A DNA stretch of 64,000 bases from Methanobacteriota archaeon (GTDB lineage Archaea > Thermoplasmatota > Thermoplasmata > SG8-5 > JAGLSY01): contig JAEHCQ010000001.1 in assembly GCA_020696385.1 (NCBI GenBank), forward strand, positions 480,001-544,000, given 5' to 3'. The first letter of the stretch is position 1, and each line of letters begins with the position of its first letter. This document shows positions 18,953 through 30,284 of the stretch, one piece after another. The notes under the pieces are model-generated. The model saw only the letters and a program-made list of their open reading frames with translations, was not told where the DNA came from and searched no databases. The translations under genes were made by a program, and so were the position numbers.

Positions 18953-20887
18953 ATGAGCAACAAAATATATCCAGTTCCAGAAGCCATGCGTGGTAAAGCA
19001 CACATAAACAGCATGGAAGAGTACAAGAGAATGTATGAGGAATCTATAAATGATCCAGATAAATTTTGGGCAAACATCGCCGAAGAATTCACATGGTTCA
19101 AGAAGTGGGACTCTGTCAGGCAATATGACTTCACAGAAGGCCACATTAAATTCTTCGAGGGTTCAAAGACCAATCTGTCCTACAATTGTCTGGACAGGCA
19201 GTTGGAGACCCGTGGAGATCAGGTAGCCATCATCTGGGAGGGCAATGAGCCCGGCGAGGATTCCAAGCTCACATATCGCGAACTTCACACAGAAGTGTGT
19301 AAATTTGCCAATGTCCTGAGAAAGATGGGCGTGAAGAAGGGCGACCGTGTCTGTATGTACATGCAGATGCTTCCCGAGTTGCCTATCGCGATGCTGGCAT
19401 GTGCCAGGATCGGTGCAGTTCACTCCATCGTTTTCGGAGCTTTCTCCGCAGACTCGTTGAAGGACAGGATCAATGATTCCGAGTGCAAGATACTGATCAC
19501 ACAAGATACCGCCTTGAGGGGTAAGAAGCAGGATATTCCAATGAAGACCAATGCTGACAAAGCCCTTGAGGAGTGCCCAAGCATCGAGAAGAACATTGTT
19601 TTCAAAAGGACTGGATTGGATGTCCCAATGCAGGCTGGCCGTGATGTCTGGTGGCATGATGAAATGGATGCAGAGGACGTGAAGGGCGACAGCCCATGGG
19701 AAGAGATGGACGCGGAAGACCCACTCTTCATTCTCTACACCAGTGGTTCCACTGGAAAGCCAAAGGGTGTTCTGCACACAACCGCAGGATACATGGTCTA
19801 CGCCGCAACCACTCACAAATACGTTTTCGATTACCAGGAAGGCGACATATACTGGTGCACGGCCGATATCGGTTGGATAACCGGTCACTCGTACATCGTA
19901 TACGGGCCTCTCCTCAATGGAGCGACATCCGTCATGTTCGAGGGTGTTCCGAACTATCCAGATGCCAGCAGGTTCTGGCAGATAGTGGACAAGTTCCAGG
20001 TAACACAGTTCTACACAGCCCCAACAGCCATCCGCGCCCTCATGAAAGAGGGAGATGGACCAGTTCAAAGCACTTCCAGAAAGAGCCTGAAGCTCCTGGG
20101 TACTGTAGGAGAACCTATCAACCCCGAGGCTTGGAACTGGTATAATGAGGTCGTAGGTGACAGCAGGTGTCCGATTGTAGACACCTGGTGGCAGACCGAG
20201 ACCGGTGGTATAATGATCACACCACTTCCAGGAGCGATCCCAACAAAGCCAGGTTCCGCAACACTGCCTTTCTTCGGTGTTGAGCCTTTCCTCGTGGATG
20301 ACACAGGAAAAGAACTGGAAGGCGCGACAAGCGGAATACTTCTGCTCAGGGGTGCGTGGCCAGGTATCATGAGGACTGTTTACGGACATCACCAGAGATT
20401 CAAGGACGTCTACTTCTCCATGTTCCCAGGATCATACTTCACAGGTGACGGTGCAAGACGTGATGAGGACGGCTACTGGTGGATCACTGGTAGGATCGAC
20501 GATGTCATAAACGTATCCGGACACAGGATGGGAACCGCCGAGGTTGAATCCGCACTTGTTTCCAACCCAGCAGTTGCAGAAGCAGCTGTTGTCGGATATC
20601 CTCACGACATCAAGGGACAGGGCATATACGCCTATGTCACCCTCAAGACCGGCCAGGAGTACACTGAAGAACTCAGGAAGGATCTGAGAACCCACGTTAG
20701 AAAAGAGATCGGACCAATAGCAACACCCGATGTCATCCACTGGGCTCCAGGACTTCCAAAGACCAGGTCCGGAAAGATCATGAGGCGTGTCTTGAGAAAG
20801 ATCGCATCCAAGGAATACGATCAGGTCGGAGATGTATCCACACTGGCAGACCCCAGCGTGGTCGATGACCTGATGAAAGAGTCCTAA
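18953..20887 (+). CDS. acs: Acetate--CoA ligase (AMP-forming acetyl-CoA synthetase)
   Basis: [33 protein letters not shown]. Confidence 0.96.
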   Translation: MSNKIYPVPEAMRGKAHINSMEEYKRMYEESINDPDKFWANIAEEFTWFKKWDSVRQYDFTEGHIKFFEGSKTNLSYNCLDRQLETRGDQVAIIWEGNEPGEDSKLTYRELHTEVCKFANVLRKMGVKKGDRVCMYMQMLPELPIAMLACARIGAVHSIVFGAFSADSLKDRINDSECKILITQDTALRGKKQDIPMKTNADKALEECPSIEKNIVFKRTGLDVPMQAGRDVWWHDEMDAEDVKGDSPWEEMDAEDPLFILYTSGSTGKPKGVLHTTAGYMVYAATTHKYVFDYQEGDIYWCTADIGWITGHSYIVYGPLLNGATSVMFEGVPNYPDASRFWQIVDKFQVTQFYTAPTAIRALMKEGDGPVQSTSRKSLKLLGTVGEPINPEAWNWYNEVVGDSRCPIVDTWWQTETGGIMITPLPGAIPTKPGSATLPFFGVEPFLVDDTGKELEGATSGILLLRGAWPGIMRTVYGHHQRFKDVYFSMFPGSYFTGDGARRDEDGYWWITGRIDDVINVSGHRMGTAEVESALVSNPAVAEAAVVGYPHDIKGQGIYAYVTLKTGQEYTEELRKDLRTHVRKEIGPIATPDVIHWAPGLPKTRSGKIMRRVLRKIASKEYDQVGDVSTLADPSVVDDLMKES

Positions 20888-20903
20888 ACCCGGAACAATG
20901 AAA

Positions 20904-20940
20904 TGGGCTCGTTTTGAAGGCGAGCCCACTTTTCCTTTTT
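20904..20940 (+). terminator. Stem-loop + U-tract terminator after acs
   Basis: TGGGCTCG/CGAGCCCA then CTTTTCCTTTTT. Confidence 0.75.
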
Positions 20941-21086
20941 ATTAATCAGATTTTGTTTGAGTGAATGAGAATAATTTATGTTGCATTATCATCTTGAACT
21001 ATAATTATTTTGATAATCATACACATAACATTATAAGCGAAAAATGTAAACACATATGTGCGATACACATTCGCAAGAGTGATAGA

Positions 21087-23303
21087 ATGCCCAATAAAAC
21101 CATTACCTTGAAAGTGGAGAAAGCACAGAGTCAATCAGATGTCGGCCTAGGTAAGGCCAGGATAGACACGCAGACACGAATGTCCCTGGGTGTGGAGGTC
21201 GGTGATGTGATCGAGATCACCGGTAAGAACATCACGGCCGCCAAAGTGTACCGCATGCTTCAGGAGGATGAGGGTAAAGGCCTCATCCGAATGTGCAATC
21301 TCCTCAGACTTAGCGCGGGAATATCCCCAGGAGACAAAGTGGATATTTCAAAAGCAGAGATACAGCTGGCTCAAAAAGTCACACTGGCACCTTCAATATC
21401 CAAGGGCATGAAATTAAGATTCAGCGAGGGGATCGAGCCCTTCATAAAAAGAAGCCTGGGTCAGAGGCCGATCGTCAAGGGCGATACTATTCTGATACCG
21501 GGTGTGGGGTTGAGCGGTAATATTCCTTTTGTCGTTACAGCGGCCAGCCCCAAGGGCGTCATCCAAGTTACTGCGGACACGCATCTGACCATCAAGGACG
21601 AGGCCGCCAGCGAGAGCGAGATGAGCATCGGTGGCGTGGCATATGAGGATGTGGGAGGTCTGGAAGAAGAACTGCAGAGGGTGAGGGAGATGATCGAACT
21701 TCCTCTGAAACATCCAGAGCTCTTCAGAAGGCTGGGTATCGATCCGCCAAAAGGAGTTCTACTCTATGGACCACCAGGCACAGGAAAGACACTGATCGCC
21801 AAGGCGGTGGCCAATGAGGCAGGAGCCGCTTTCTATTCCATCCAGGGCCCGGAGATCATTTCAAAATTCTATGGCCAGAGCGAGGAAAAATTGCGAGAGA
21901 AATTCGAGGAGGCCGAGGCAAATGCGCCCTCCGTCATATTCATTGATGAACTGGATTCCATAGCTCCAAAGCGTGACGAGGTCCATGGCGAGGTGGAAAG
22001 GCGAGTGGTGGCTCAATTGCTCACGCTCATGGACGGGGTCAGTGATCGAGGCAATCTCATTGTGATAGCGGCCACGAACCGCGAGGATTCCATAGACCCC
22101 GCATTGCGAAGGGGCGGCAGGTTCGACAGAGAGATCGAGATAGGCGTGCCCAGCAAGAAAGGTAGAAAAGAGGTCATGGAGATCCATACGAGAATGATGC
22201 CCATTACAGGGAACGAAGAAGAACGTTCCATCATGCTGGAAGAACTGGCAGCCATCACCCACGGATTCGTGGGAGCGGACTTGGCAGCCCTCGCTCGAGA
22301 GGCAGCGATGAAAGCACTTCGCAGGTACATTCCGGAATTCGATCTGGATCAGCCAGTCCCACCAGAGGTCATTGAGAAGATGGAAGTGACACGCGAGGAT
22401 TTCATGAACGCACTGAAGGAAGTCGAACCCAGCGCCATGCGAGAAGTTATGGTGGAGGTTCCGCAGGTCACTTGGGATGATGTCGGGGGACTGGAAGATG
22501 TGAAGATCCTTCTAAAGGAGGCTGTCGAGCTTCCGTTAAAAGATCCGGAAGCTTTCAAGAGGATCGGCATCAGGCCGCCACGGGGCGTTCTCATGTACGG
22601 CCCGCCGGGTACGGGAAAGACACTGCTGGCCAAAGCAGTGGCTCATGAATCTGAAGCGAATTTTATTTCAGTCAAAGGCCCAGAAATAATGTCAAAATGG
22701 GTGGGTGAGAGCGAGAAGGCGGTTCGCCAGATATTCAAAAAGGCGAAGCAGGTTTCCCCATCGATAGTCTTCCTGGATGAGATCGACTCCATCGCACCCG
22801 CACGAGGAGCCAGTCGAGATTCCGGGGTCACGGAAAGGATAGTGAATCAATTGCTAACATCGATCGATGGAATGGAATCCATGGAGGGCGTTGTCGTCAT
22901 AGCAGCCACCAATAGGCCAGACATCATGGATCATGGCCTTTTAAGGCCCGGAAGATTCGACAGGCTCGTGTATGTGGGAGTGCCCGATAAAAAGGCAAGG
23001 GAGACCATATTCCTGGTACATATGGCCAGTATGCCTCTTGATGATGTGGACGCCCGCTGGCTGGCTGGTCAAACAGATGGATTCGTGGGAGCGGACATCG
23101 AGAACCTGTGCAGGGAAGCGGGTATGATCGCCCTTCGCAAGAATATAGATTCAAAAAGCGTGACAAAGAAGGATTTCAAGGAAGCCCTGGAGATAATCAA
23201 AGCCTCCACTACCAAAGAAACTATCAAATATTACGAGGGCATTAGGGAAGACTTAGAAACAGGTGTAGATAGAAAGGAGAAAGACCCGATCTATTATGCC
23301 TGA
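21087..23303 (+). CDS. cdc48: CDC48/VAT family AAA+ ATPase
   Basis: N-domain [10 protein letters not shown], two GPPGTGKT Walker A, two Walker B, SRH motifs; C-terminal YYA. Confidence 0.95.
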   Translation: MPNKTITLKVEKAQSQSDVGLGKARIDTQTRMSLGVEVGDVIEITGKNITAAKVYRMLQEDEGKGLIRMCNLLRLSAGISPGDKVDISKAEIQLAQKVTLAPSISKGMKLRFSEGIEPFIKRSLGQRPIVKGDTILIPGVGLSGNIPFVVTAASPKGVIQVTADTHLTIKDEAASESEMSIGGVAYEDVGGLEEELQRVREMIELPLKHPELFRRLGIDPPKGVLLYGPPGTGKTLIAKAVANEAGAAFYSIQGPEIISKFYGQSEEKLREKFEEAEANAPSVIFIDELDSIAPKRDEVHGEVERRVVAQLLTLMDGVSDRGNLIVIAATNREDSIDPALRRGGRFDREIEIGVPSKKGRKEVMEIHTRMMPITGNEEERSIMLEELAAITHGFVGADLAALAREAAMKALRRYIPEFDLDQPVPPEVIEKMEVTREDFMNALKEVEPSAMREVMVEVPQVTWDDVGGLEDVKILLKEAVELPLKDPEAFKRIGIRPPRGVLMYGPPGTGKTLLAKAVAHESEANFISVKGPEIMSKWVGESEKAVRQIFKKAKQVSPSIVFLDEIDSIAPARGASRDSGVTERIVNQLLTSIDGMESMEGVVVIAATNRPDIMDHGLLRPGRFDRLVYVGVPDKKARETIFLVHMASMPLDDVDARWLAGQTDGFVGADIENLCREAGMIALRKNIDSKSVTKKDFKEALEIIKASTTKETIKYYEGIREDLETGVDRKEKDPIYYA

Positions 23304-23347
23304 GGGGTGCACAAAGATAAATCTTTGGCAGCCCTTAAAAAGGTGAT

Positions 23348-23590
23348 ATGATGAAGAAATTCGTGAGTGAACTCCGAGGAAAGACAGTAATGACAAATGA
23401 CGGCCAGATACTCGGTATGATCGAGAATTTTGTGACCGACACAATGACTGGCGAGCTGCAGCACGTGCTCATCATACCAGCTGAGGAGATCGAGGTTCGT
23501 CTCTTCAGGACCGATGCTCAGGGAAGGATCATACTTCCATTCAGCGAGATGAGAGCTGTTCGCGACGTAGTCGTTATGGATGTCGCCTAA
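23348..23590 (+). CDS. PRC-barrel domain protein
   Basis: SELRGKTVMTNDGQILG...AVRDVVVM; AGGTGAT SD. Confidence 0.85.
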   Translation: MMKKFVSELRGKTVMTNDGQILGMIENFVTDTMTGELQHVLIIPAEEIEVRLFRTDAQGRIILPFSEMRAVRDVVVMDVA

Positions 23591-23667
23591 GTCAACATCA
23601 TGAACGTCGATTCAGCTGTATGCATTACCAAAAATCTTTATCTTGAGCTTCAGCGCTGGACATTATC

Positions 23668-24141
23668 TCATTCTATGTCCAGCCAGACCACTATCTGACC
23701 GCCACTTATATCTCCCTCATGATTGAATCCCAGATCAGTATACATTTTCTCAGCCAGCTTATTGTGCGGTTCGTATGAAAGACCTAGCTTCACCTGCCTG
23801 CCATTGTGATGTTGCTTGATCGTGGCTATCAAAAGCTCCATTGTCCTTTTTCCAAAACCTTTGCCCTGATATCTCTGGTCTATCATCAATCTGGTCAGCC
23901 AGGCTTTCCTCGATTTGTCTGGTGGGGCCGTATCAGGATTGAAGAACACACTGCCCAACAGGACATCATCATCGAATACGGCCAGAACTTTCCTCTCAGG
24001 ATAAATGTAAGCCTGGGCCAGTGTCATCATATTTGGCTTGGTTGACTTGAAGAAAAAGCAATCCTTCTGATCTGGCTTGACCTCCAACTCAATGAATTCC
24101 TGATAGTTTTCCTCTGTTACTTCTCTGAATTCAAGGGCCAT
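23668..24141 (-). CDS. GNAT family N-acetyltransferase (spermidine acetyltransferase-like)
   Basis: RLMIDQRYQGKGFG, N..AEKMYTDLGF. Confidence 0.85.
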   Translation of the reverse strand: MALEFREVTEENYQEFIELEVKPDQKDCFFFKSTKPNMMTLAQAYIYPERKVLAVFDDDVLLGSVFFNPDTAPPDKSRKAWLTRLMIDQRYQGKGFGKRTMELLIATIKQHHNGRQVKLGLSYEPHNKLAEKMYTDLGFNHEGDISGGQIVVWLDIE

Positions 24142-24244
24142 GATACCCCATAATCGCCTTGGCTAAAATAATTTGTGACCATCATTCAGACCGGTCTCCC
24201 CAAACTATATTATTCGCTAACACATTCATTCACTCGGTGTTAGC

Positions 24245-24514
24245 TTGAGCAATGCAGAAATATTCTTCAAAGTGGGGTTGATGGGCTTTTCCTTCATATT
24301 ATTCGCCATCTCCGCCATTTCGTACAAAAGGATCAAGAGCCAGAGGTTGTTATTCGTAACAATAGCCTTTGCCATCTTCTTCGTGAAAGGACTTCTATTG
24401 ACCATGGGGATTTTCTCCGAGTCGGTAGGAGATATGTTCAATTCATCCATAGAGGTGATAATCTTGGATTTCGTCATTTTGATAATGCTTTATCTGGGTA
24501 TAGCGAAGAAATAG
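24245..24514 (+). CDS. Small 3-TM membrane protein preceding a wHTH regulator
   Basis: TTG start, three hydrophobic helices, ISYKR...RLLFVTIAFAIFFVKG. Confidence 0.65.
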   Translation: MSNAEIFFKVGLMGFSFILFAISAISYKRIKSQRLLFVTIAFAIFFVKGLLLTMGIFSESVGDMFNSSIEVIILDFVILIMLYLGIAKK

Positions 24515-24548
24515 TGCGCGATAGAACGAGAGATACTGGAGCTATTGA

Positions 24549-25076
24549 ATGGAAGGAGACATCCTGGAACTGGAAAATAGGCGTATAATCTACCAGCTTA
24601 TTTCGAAGTATCCTGGAATGTACCTTCGAGAGATAGAAAAGAACCTTGGACTGGCTGTCGGAGTTCTGGAATATCATCTCAGCCACATGGTGAAGAAAGA
24701 GATCCTCACCGTGGAGGAGGATGGAAATCGGATAAGATATTTCGTCACTGGTGGTGTGAGCTATGGTGATAAGAACACGATCGGCCTTCTGAGGCAGAAG
24801 ATTCCCAGAAGGGTCGTTCTCTATTTGATGCTGAACCCGAATGTGAAGTTCAAGGACGTGCTGGAGCAGTTCGAGGTCTCCAAATCCACCCTGTCATTTC
24901 ATATTAAGAAGCTGGTGGACGCACACCTGGTCGAGGCAACCAAAGAAGGAAGGGAAACATCTTACGAGGTCATTGATCCTGAGACAGTAGCGAGGATCAT
25001 CCTCACCTACAAGGCCAGCTTCCTGGATTCCTTGGTCGATAGATTTGCAGAGACGTGGCTGGAGATGAACCCGTAA
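24549..25076 (+). CDS. Double winged-helix transcriptional regulator (COG3398-like)
   Basis: RRIIYQLISKYPG...LEYHL and SKSTLSFHIKKL tandem HTHs. Confidence 0.85.
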   Translation: MEGDILELENRRIIYQLISKYPGMYLREIEKNLGLAVGVLEYHLSHMVKKEILTVEEDGNRIRYFVTGGVSYGDKNTIGLLRQKIPRRVVLYLMLNPNVKFKDVLEQFEVSKSTLSFHIKKLVDAHLVEATKEGRETSYEVIDPETVARIILTYKASFLDSLVDRFAETWLEMNP

Positions 25077-25129
25077 GAATGATCCATTTGGGGTCATATT
25101 AATAATTGATTAGTTGTTTAAGGTATTAT

Positions 25130-26170
25130 ATGGCTAAGGTATATTTCTCTAAGATCTATAATGAAACAACAACTGATGATATCAAGAAGATCTCAAAGAA
25201 GCTTCTGGACCGCGTGGTTACCGAGGAAAATATCACCCTGGAGAAGAAGATACCACTCAAGGTTCATTTTGGAGAAGCAGGTAACATAACCTATGTCAAG
25301 CCCCAGAATTATGATGGTCTGATAGATTATCTGCAAGATCGGGACATCGAGGCCTTGTTCATGGAGACCAGTGTGCTCTATGGTGGCCAGCGTTATAAAA
25401 AAGAGCTGCATTTGAAGACCGCGGAAGAACATGGTTTTACCAGGATACCGGTGATCATCGCCGACGGCGACCACGGTGAGGAATTCACGGACATTGAAGT
25501 CAATTTAAAGTATTTTGACAAATGTAAGATCGGTCGCGAGTTCTCCAATTACGACCAGATAATGGTGGTCGCACATTTCAAAGGACACGCCCTTGGAGGA
25601 TTTGGGGGAGCGATCAAGCAGCTGGCCATGGGCCATGCGTCTAAAGGTGGGAAGCTGGCAATGCACATGGGGATCAAGCCCCAGATCACCAACCGCAAAT
25701 GCACAAAATGCCATCTATGCCAGAAGGCATGCACCGAGGATGCCATCACTATCGACGAGAAAAAATCCTTCATCGATCATGAGAAATGTGTAGGTTGCGG
25801 TGGATGTGTAGCAGCTTGCCCCAGCAAGGCCGTGAGCATCATGGCTATTGGTGGGATCGCGACAGCATTGAAAGGCAATGATTTCAGAGAGAAATTGGTG
25901 GAATATGCCTATGCGGCCCAAAAGGGAAAAAGAAACATATACATCAATTATGTTATGAACATAACCGCCCAGTGTGACTGTGTGGGGAAAAAGATGAAGC
26001 CCATAATGGACGATATCGGTATCTACGCATCCACAAATCCTGTGGCCATCGACATGGCCTGCTGGGATATTGTGAAGGAAAATGGTAAAAAGTTCAAGGG
26101 TGTGCGGCAGCTGGATTATGCCGAATCTATTGGATTGGGAACCAAGAATTACAAACTGATCGAAATATAA
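25130..26170 (+). CDS. DUF362 Fe-S protein with 2x[4Fe-4S] ferredoxin domain
   Basis: KVHFGE, HFKGH..GFGGAIK, CTKCHLC...C, CVGCGGCVAACP, CDC. Confidence 0.85.
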   Translation: MAKVYFSKIYNETTTDDIKKISKKLLDRVVTEENITLEKKIPLKVHFGEAGNITYVKPQNYDGLIDYLQDRDIEALFMETSVLYGGQRYKKELHLKTAEEHGFTRIPVIIADGDHGEEFTDIEVNLKYFDKCKIGREFSNYDQIMVVAHFKGHALGGFGGAIKQLAMGHASKGGKLAMHMGIKPQITNRKCTKCHLCQKACTEDAITIDEKKSFIDHEKCVGCGGCVAACPSKAVSIMAIGGIATALKGNDFREKLVEYAYAAQKGKRNIYINYVMNITAQCDCVGKKMKPIMDDIGIYASTNPVAIDMACWDIVKENGKKFKGVRQLDYAESIGLGTKNYKLIEI

Positions 26171-26266
26171 TAGAATAGATAGCTTGATCAAAGTTTATCG
26201 GACCAATACTTCCACCCACCCCCTCATATTATATTTATACCATCTGAAACAATATCCAATGGGATC

Positions 26267-27646
26267 ATGGATCAGAATTCGGGATGGCAAGGCAGGATCA
26301 AGACGATCGAAAAGGATTTTTCGACAGCTGCCAATGAGATCAAAGGTGGGATGAACGCCCAGCTGTGCGCTTATTGCAAGGGCTCGAAAAAGCTGTGTGG
26401 GAAGGACAGGTGCCCGGTGCTGACCAAGTATTATGCACAATCCAAGACCCAATCCATGATCAATTCCACGAACATAGCTGGCTCCTCCCCACCTGGTGTT
26501 TTTGTCGGCCGCTATGGCTATCCGAAAGTCCTTGTCGGGCCCCTTGTTCCAGCGGAGACGGGTGACACGATGTTGTATGACACTCCCGAGAGGTGGATCG
26601 GGAAATCGATCGAGGACATCGTGGATTTCAGGATGAAGCTGGTAAGAGGGATGAAGCCCGTTGAGGTCACCAATGTGGAGAACGGTGGCAGGGTGATAGA
26701 TATCACTCGCGAGCTGGCCATGGGTTCCGTATCCTCGGATGTGGAGGCGACCTTCACGAAGAAGCCCAGAGGCCGCCTTACATTCAACTCCGAATCCCAG
26801 CCATATGGACCGACCGCGCCCATCAAAGGCCTGGATTCGGGCAATATCAAGATAGATCAGAAGATCGATAAAGCCTATTCAGATACCGATCTGCTATCCA
26901 AGCCAGCAGTTATCAATCTCTACAAGAACGGGATCATGGTATCCAGAATTCAGAAAGCTTTCAGCGTGGGAGCTTTCGGTATTGGAAAAAATAGGAAATT
27001 CGTGCCCACCAGATGGAGCATTACCGCGGTGGACGACATGCTTGGTAAGGACCTCATGACCAACACCAAGCATGCCCCTTTCATAAATGATTTTGAAGTG
27101 TACTGGACGGAGGAGCTGGACAATCGCTGGGCCGTGTTGATGATGCCCTGCTCCTGGCGATATGAGCTCATCGAGGCCTGGTATCCGAACACGGTCTGGA
27201 ATCCTTATGGCCGAGACGTCGTCATCTTCTCGGATTATGAATTCCTGAAAAATAGAACCACATATGCGAAGATCGGCGGTTGCTATTACTCCGCCAGGCT
27301 GGCTGTTAATGAAAACTTAACAGCCCGCAACAGGCAAGCTGGCTGTGTGATATTCAGGGAAGCACATGCCGGGTACATCATGCCTGTCGGGGTGTGGAAT
27401 GTGAGGGAGAATGTGAGGGCGGCTGTTCGTAATAAACCCCGGAAGTTCAATAATCTGAAGGAATCACTGGATTTCATCTCGACAAGGATGGACATCCCGA
27501 TGGACAGATGGATCAAGACCAGCGGGGTGCTGAAAGACATGCTGCATCAGAGAAGGATCGAGGATTTTCTAACTGATGACAAGCCGATCGAGCCAGACAT
27601 GGATAATACGATCGAGCCAAATCTGGAGAGGGAAAATGAAGGTTAG
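26267..27646 (+). CDS. nreA: Nre family DNA repair protein
   Basis: CAYCKG..LCG...CP, GSSPPGVFVGRYGYPKV, VPTRWSITAVD, GGCYYSARL, PVGVWNVRE, PIP-like QRRIEDF. Confidence 0.88.
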   Translation: MDQNSGWQGRIKTIEKDFSTAANEIKGGMNAQLCAYCKGSKKLCGKDRCPVLTKYYAQSKTQSMINSTNIAGSSPPGVFVGRYGYPKVLVGPLVPAETGDTMLYDTPERWIGKSIEDIVDFRMKLVRGMKPVEVTNVENGGRVIDITRELAMGSVSSDVEATFTKKPRGRLTFNSESQPYGPTAPIKGLDSGNIKIDQKIDKAYSDTDLLSKPAVINLYKNGIMVSRIQKAFSVGAFGIGKNRKFVPTRWSITAVDDMLGKDLMTNTKHAPFINDFEVYWTEELDNRWAVLMMPCSWRYELIEAWYPNTVWNPYGRDVVIFSDYEFLKNRTTYAKIGGCYYSARLAVNENLTARNRQAGCVIFREAHAGYIMPVGVWNVRENVRAAVRNKPRKFNNLKESLDFISTRMDIPMDRWIKTSGVLKDMLHQRRIEDFLTDDKPIEPDMDNTIEPNLERENEG

Positions 27647-28415
27647 AACAGCACTGTCTGTTTCCCAGCTTCCGGGTCTGGAATATGCACTTAATCCATA
27701 TTCCGGATGCTCCCATGCATGTATCTATTGCTATGTGCAGGATGTTCTGAGGCAGGATGGGGGGATCGAATGGGGCGACTTCGCGCAAGCGAAAGTAGGA
27801 TTACCGAATATACTGGCCAAGGAGCTGAAGCGCAAGGAGAAGGGAATGATCGGTCTTGGAACCGTGACCGATCCTTATCAAATTGCAGAAGGAACATCCA
27901 ATAATTCCAGATACTGCCTGGAGCAGATAGCCAGGAAGAAATGGCCAGTGTGTGTTCAGACAAAGTCAGATCTTGTAACAAGGGACATTGACGTCATTTC
28001 CAGAATAGAGGGAGCGGAGGTCGGCATGACCTTGACAACCCTGGATGAGGAGCTGGCCGGGAAGATCGAACCTGGAGCCCCCGTTACAAGTGTGAGACTG
28101 AGGGCATTGAGGGAACTCGTACAGTCTGGAATAAAGACCTGGGTCTTCATCGGGCCGATAATCCCGACCATGAACGATTCGGAAGAGGAACTGGCTGAGC
28201 TTATTGATGAGATCGCCAGTGCCGGGGTCAGGGAGATTCAGTATGACCGACTAAGGCTGAAGCCAGTGCTCGTTAAGAGAATGAGAGCACATCTCGGCGA
28301 CAGGATGGATATGATAGAGAAATTATGCAATGATCCAGCATGGTTCAAGAATGTCTCATTGTTCATCGACAAGCACTGCGAAGACAGGGACATCGTATCT
28401 CGAAGAGCTTTCTGA
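27636..28415 (+). CDS. SplB-like radical SAM protein
   Basis: LNPYSGCSHACIYCY, GTVTDPYQ, QTKS.LV.RDID, IEPGAP. Confidence 0.85.
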   Translation: MKVRTALSVSQLPGLEYALNPYSGCSHACIYCYVQDVLRQDGGIEWGDFAQAKVGLPNILAKELKRKEKGMIGLGTVTDPYQIAEGTSNNSRYCLEQIARKKWPVCVQTKSDLVTRDIDVISRIEGAEVGMTLTTLDEELAGKIEPGAPVTSVRLRALRELVQSGIKTWVFIGPIIPTMNDSEEELAELIDEIASAGVREIQYDRLRLKPVLVKRMRAHLGDRMDMIEKLCNDPAWFKNVSLFIDKHCEDRDIVSRRAF

Positions 28416-28471
28416 CTTAGGCGATTGCCTTTTAATCATGAAGTAACATACACTTTCTCAAGGTATTGGAA

Positions 28472-29968
28472 ATGGATCTGAAAAGAGATATCCAGCTAGG
28501 ATCATCGGAGGGAAAGTACCTCTTCGTGGCTCTGATCATCATGTTCTACACCATCGCGAGACTTATCGGTGTCGGTATCCATGAGTTCGCCGGGCATGGC
28601 CTGGTCACCGAGCTTGTGGGCGGGGAGTTCTACGCAGCCTACATTTCCCCGGGTAGTGGATATGCTTCCATTTACCTGCCTAATGACACTAGCCAGCCCA
28701 TAATCACTCTCACCTATCTCGCAGGAATGTTGGTAGAATTGATCGTCGGTTCCATTCTTCTTTTCCTGGTTTACCCGCGCATGAAGACCCTGATGACCGG
28801 ACTTTTCACACTCGTTCTGTCAGAAGTGTTGCTGGTCCATTCCTCATTGTACCTGGTGCTGGGATCGTACATAACAACAGGTGATAGTTATCGGGCAAGC
28901 CAGCTCGGTGGTGTGAGTGCCGATCTTCTTGTAATATCCGGATTGATACTAGCAAGTATTTTCATAATGATACTATCAATGAAATTCATACAGTTCATCT
29001 CCAATTTCGAGGTCATAAAAGATGATGGTGCCGCGAGATGGGCATTGGGTTTGTTCTGGCTGCCTCCTATCTTGATAATCTGGGTATCTGTCATTATTTC
29101 ATTCATATTACCCAGCGAGGTGACCACGGCGGATGAGAGAGCGTATTCCATCATCTACGGCTCACTGGTATTGATGCTCATCCTGATCGCGATGAATTTC
29201 ATACCCGATCTCACTTCCAGAAGATTTGATTTCAAAAAAATGGACAAGCTCAGGCTGAACAAGATCGTGATGACACTAAGTGTCATGTTGATGGTCATTG
29301 TACTTTGGCTAGCGATATTTGGGCCAAGCACATCGGAGGCACATGGTCTCATGATCAAGGATCCACCCATGGAATCTGAGAGATTCTATCAAGATTACAC
29401 TGTTGGCAATGCCCTTATCGAGATCGGTGAGAATGGAACGGTCGATATATCCATAATCCTGAAAGGGGTGATGATAGATCCGTCACCTCTTGATCAAAAA
29501 TTGTATGATTCATTCGAGGAAAGACCATACTGGCCCAATTATGAGAGCGGGTCCAGGAACATGATCAGGAATATGTTCCTTCTTTCATATGATAAGGCTG
29601 TCAATCTGACCTTCGAGAGCCGTGTGGAAGGCGAGGTTTGGGGAGGCGGAGATACATATGAATATGCCAGGATCTCAAAGACCACCCTCAATCTCAGTGA
29701 TATAGGAGCGGAATTCGATGACGGAGGGAATCTGACCATTCTGGTGATCGACCCCTGGATGGTGGGCAGCAATCCCGGGTATCTGGATGGTATCGAGTTC
29801 AGATGGGAAAATGATCTGAACCTCACGGATTATAATACTGGTAATATTCCACCATCAAGCGGGGGTATGGGTGGAACCTCACTTATCTGGAGGAATCCGG
29901 ATCTTGTCAATGCACCTACTGGCTATGAGATAGTTTTTGTAAAAAATGGAATTCGATCTTATATGTAG
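28472..29968 (+). CDS. Membrane metalloprotease-like protein (M50-like HExxGH) with C-terminal extracellular domain
   Basis: IHEFAGHG within a TM region, LAG motif, ~8 TM helices, soluble C-terminus. Confidence 0.6.
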   Translation: MDLKRDIQLGSSEGKYLFVALIIMFYTIARLIGVGIHEFAGHGLVTELVGGEFYAAYISPGSGYASIYLPNDTSQPIITLTYLAGMLVELIVGSILLFLVYPRMKTLMTGLFTLVLSEVLLVHSSLYLVLGSYITTGDSYRASQLGGVSADLLVISGLILASIFIMILSMKFIQFISNFEVIKDDGAARWALGLFWLPPILIIWVSVIISFILPSEVTTADERAYSIIYGSLVLMLILIAMNFIPDLTSRRFDFKKMDKLRLNKIVMTLSVMLMVIVLWLAIFGPSTSEAHGLMIKDPPMESERFYQDYTVGNALIEIGENGTVDISIILKGVMIDPSPLDQKLYDSFEERPYWPNYESGSRNMIRNMFLLSYDKAVNLTFESRVEGEVWGGGDTYEYARISKTTLNLSDIGAEFDDGGNLTILVIDPWMVGSNPGYLDGIEFRWENDLNLTDYNTGNIPPSSGGMGGTSLIWRNPDLVNAPTGYEIVFVKNGIRSYM

Positions 29969-30020
29969 ACTGAATGAAAGGCTCGGCCTAGTTCATTTAA
30001 AATATCGAGCACGATAGATT

Positions 30021-30203
30021 TCAATTTTCATTATCTGCGCCGATGTAGATAAAAAGAGAAATGCCAAACCAGGTGAACATCAGGATGGTCAATGGTGAGC
30101 TTAGATTGCCAACTGCCATCTGTGCTATGATGAGCAGTATTGGAATTACGAGTCCTATGAGCCAGAAAAGCTCCTTTCCGTATTTGTTTATGAATTCATT
30201 CAT
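30021..30203 (-). CDS. Small 2-TM hypothetical protein
   Basis: GGAGTGA SD; two hydrophobic helices. Confidence 0.65.
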   Translation of the reverse strand: MNEFINKYGKELFWLIGLVIPILLIIAQMAVGNLSSPLTILMFTWFGISLFIYIGADNEN

Positions 30204-30284
30204 TTGATCACTCCATTGCAAGACTTGTACAAAATGAAGCAGTACATAAATCTATTGGGTTAGGTATGTGTCGAACTTCAATAT

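Noticed and set aside
19163-20392. 409-aa antisense ORF in acs, and similar shadow ORFs in valS, flotillin, purL, fni and the S-layer-like genes
   Set aside because: Overlap confident genes on the opposite strand with no motifs; explained by codon bias
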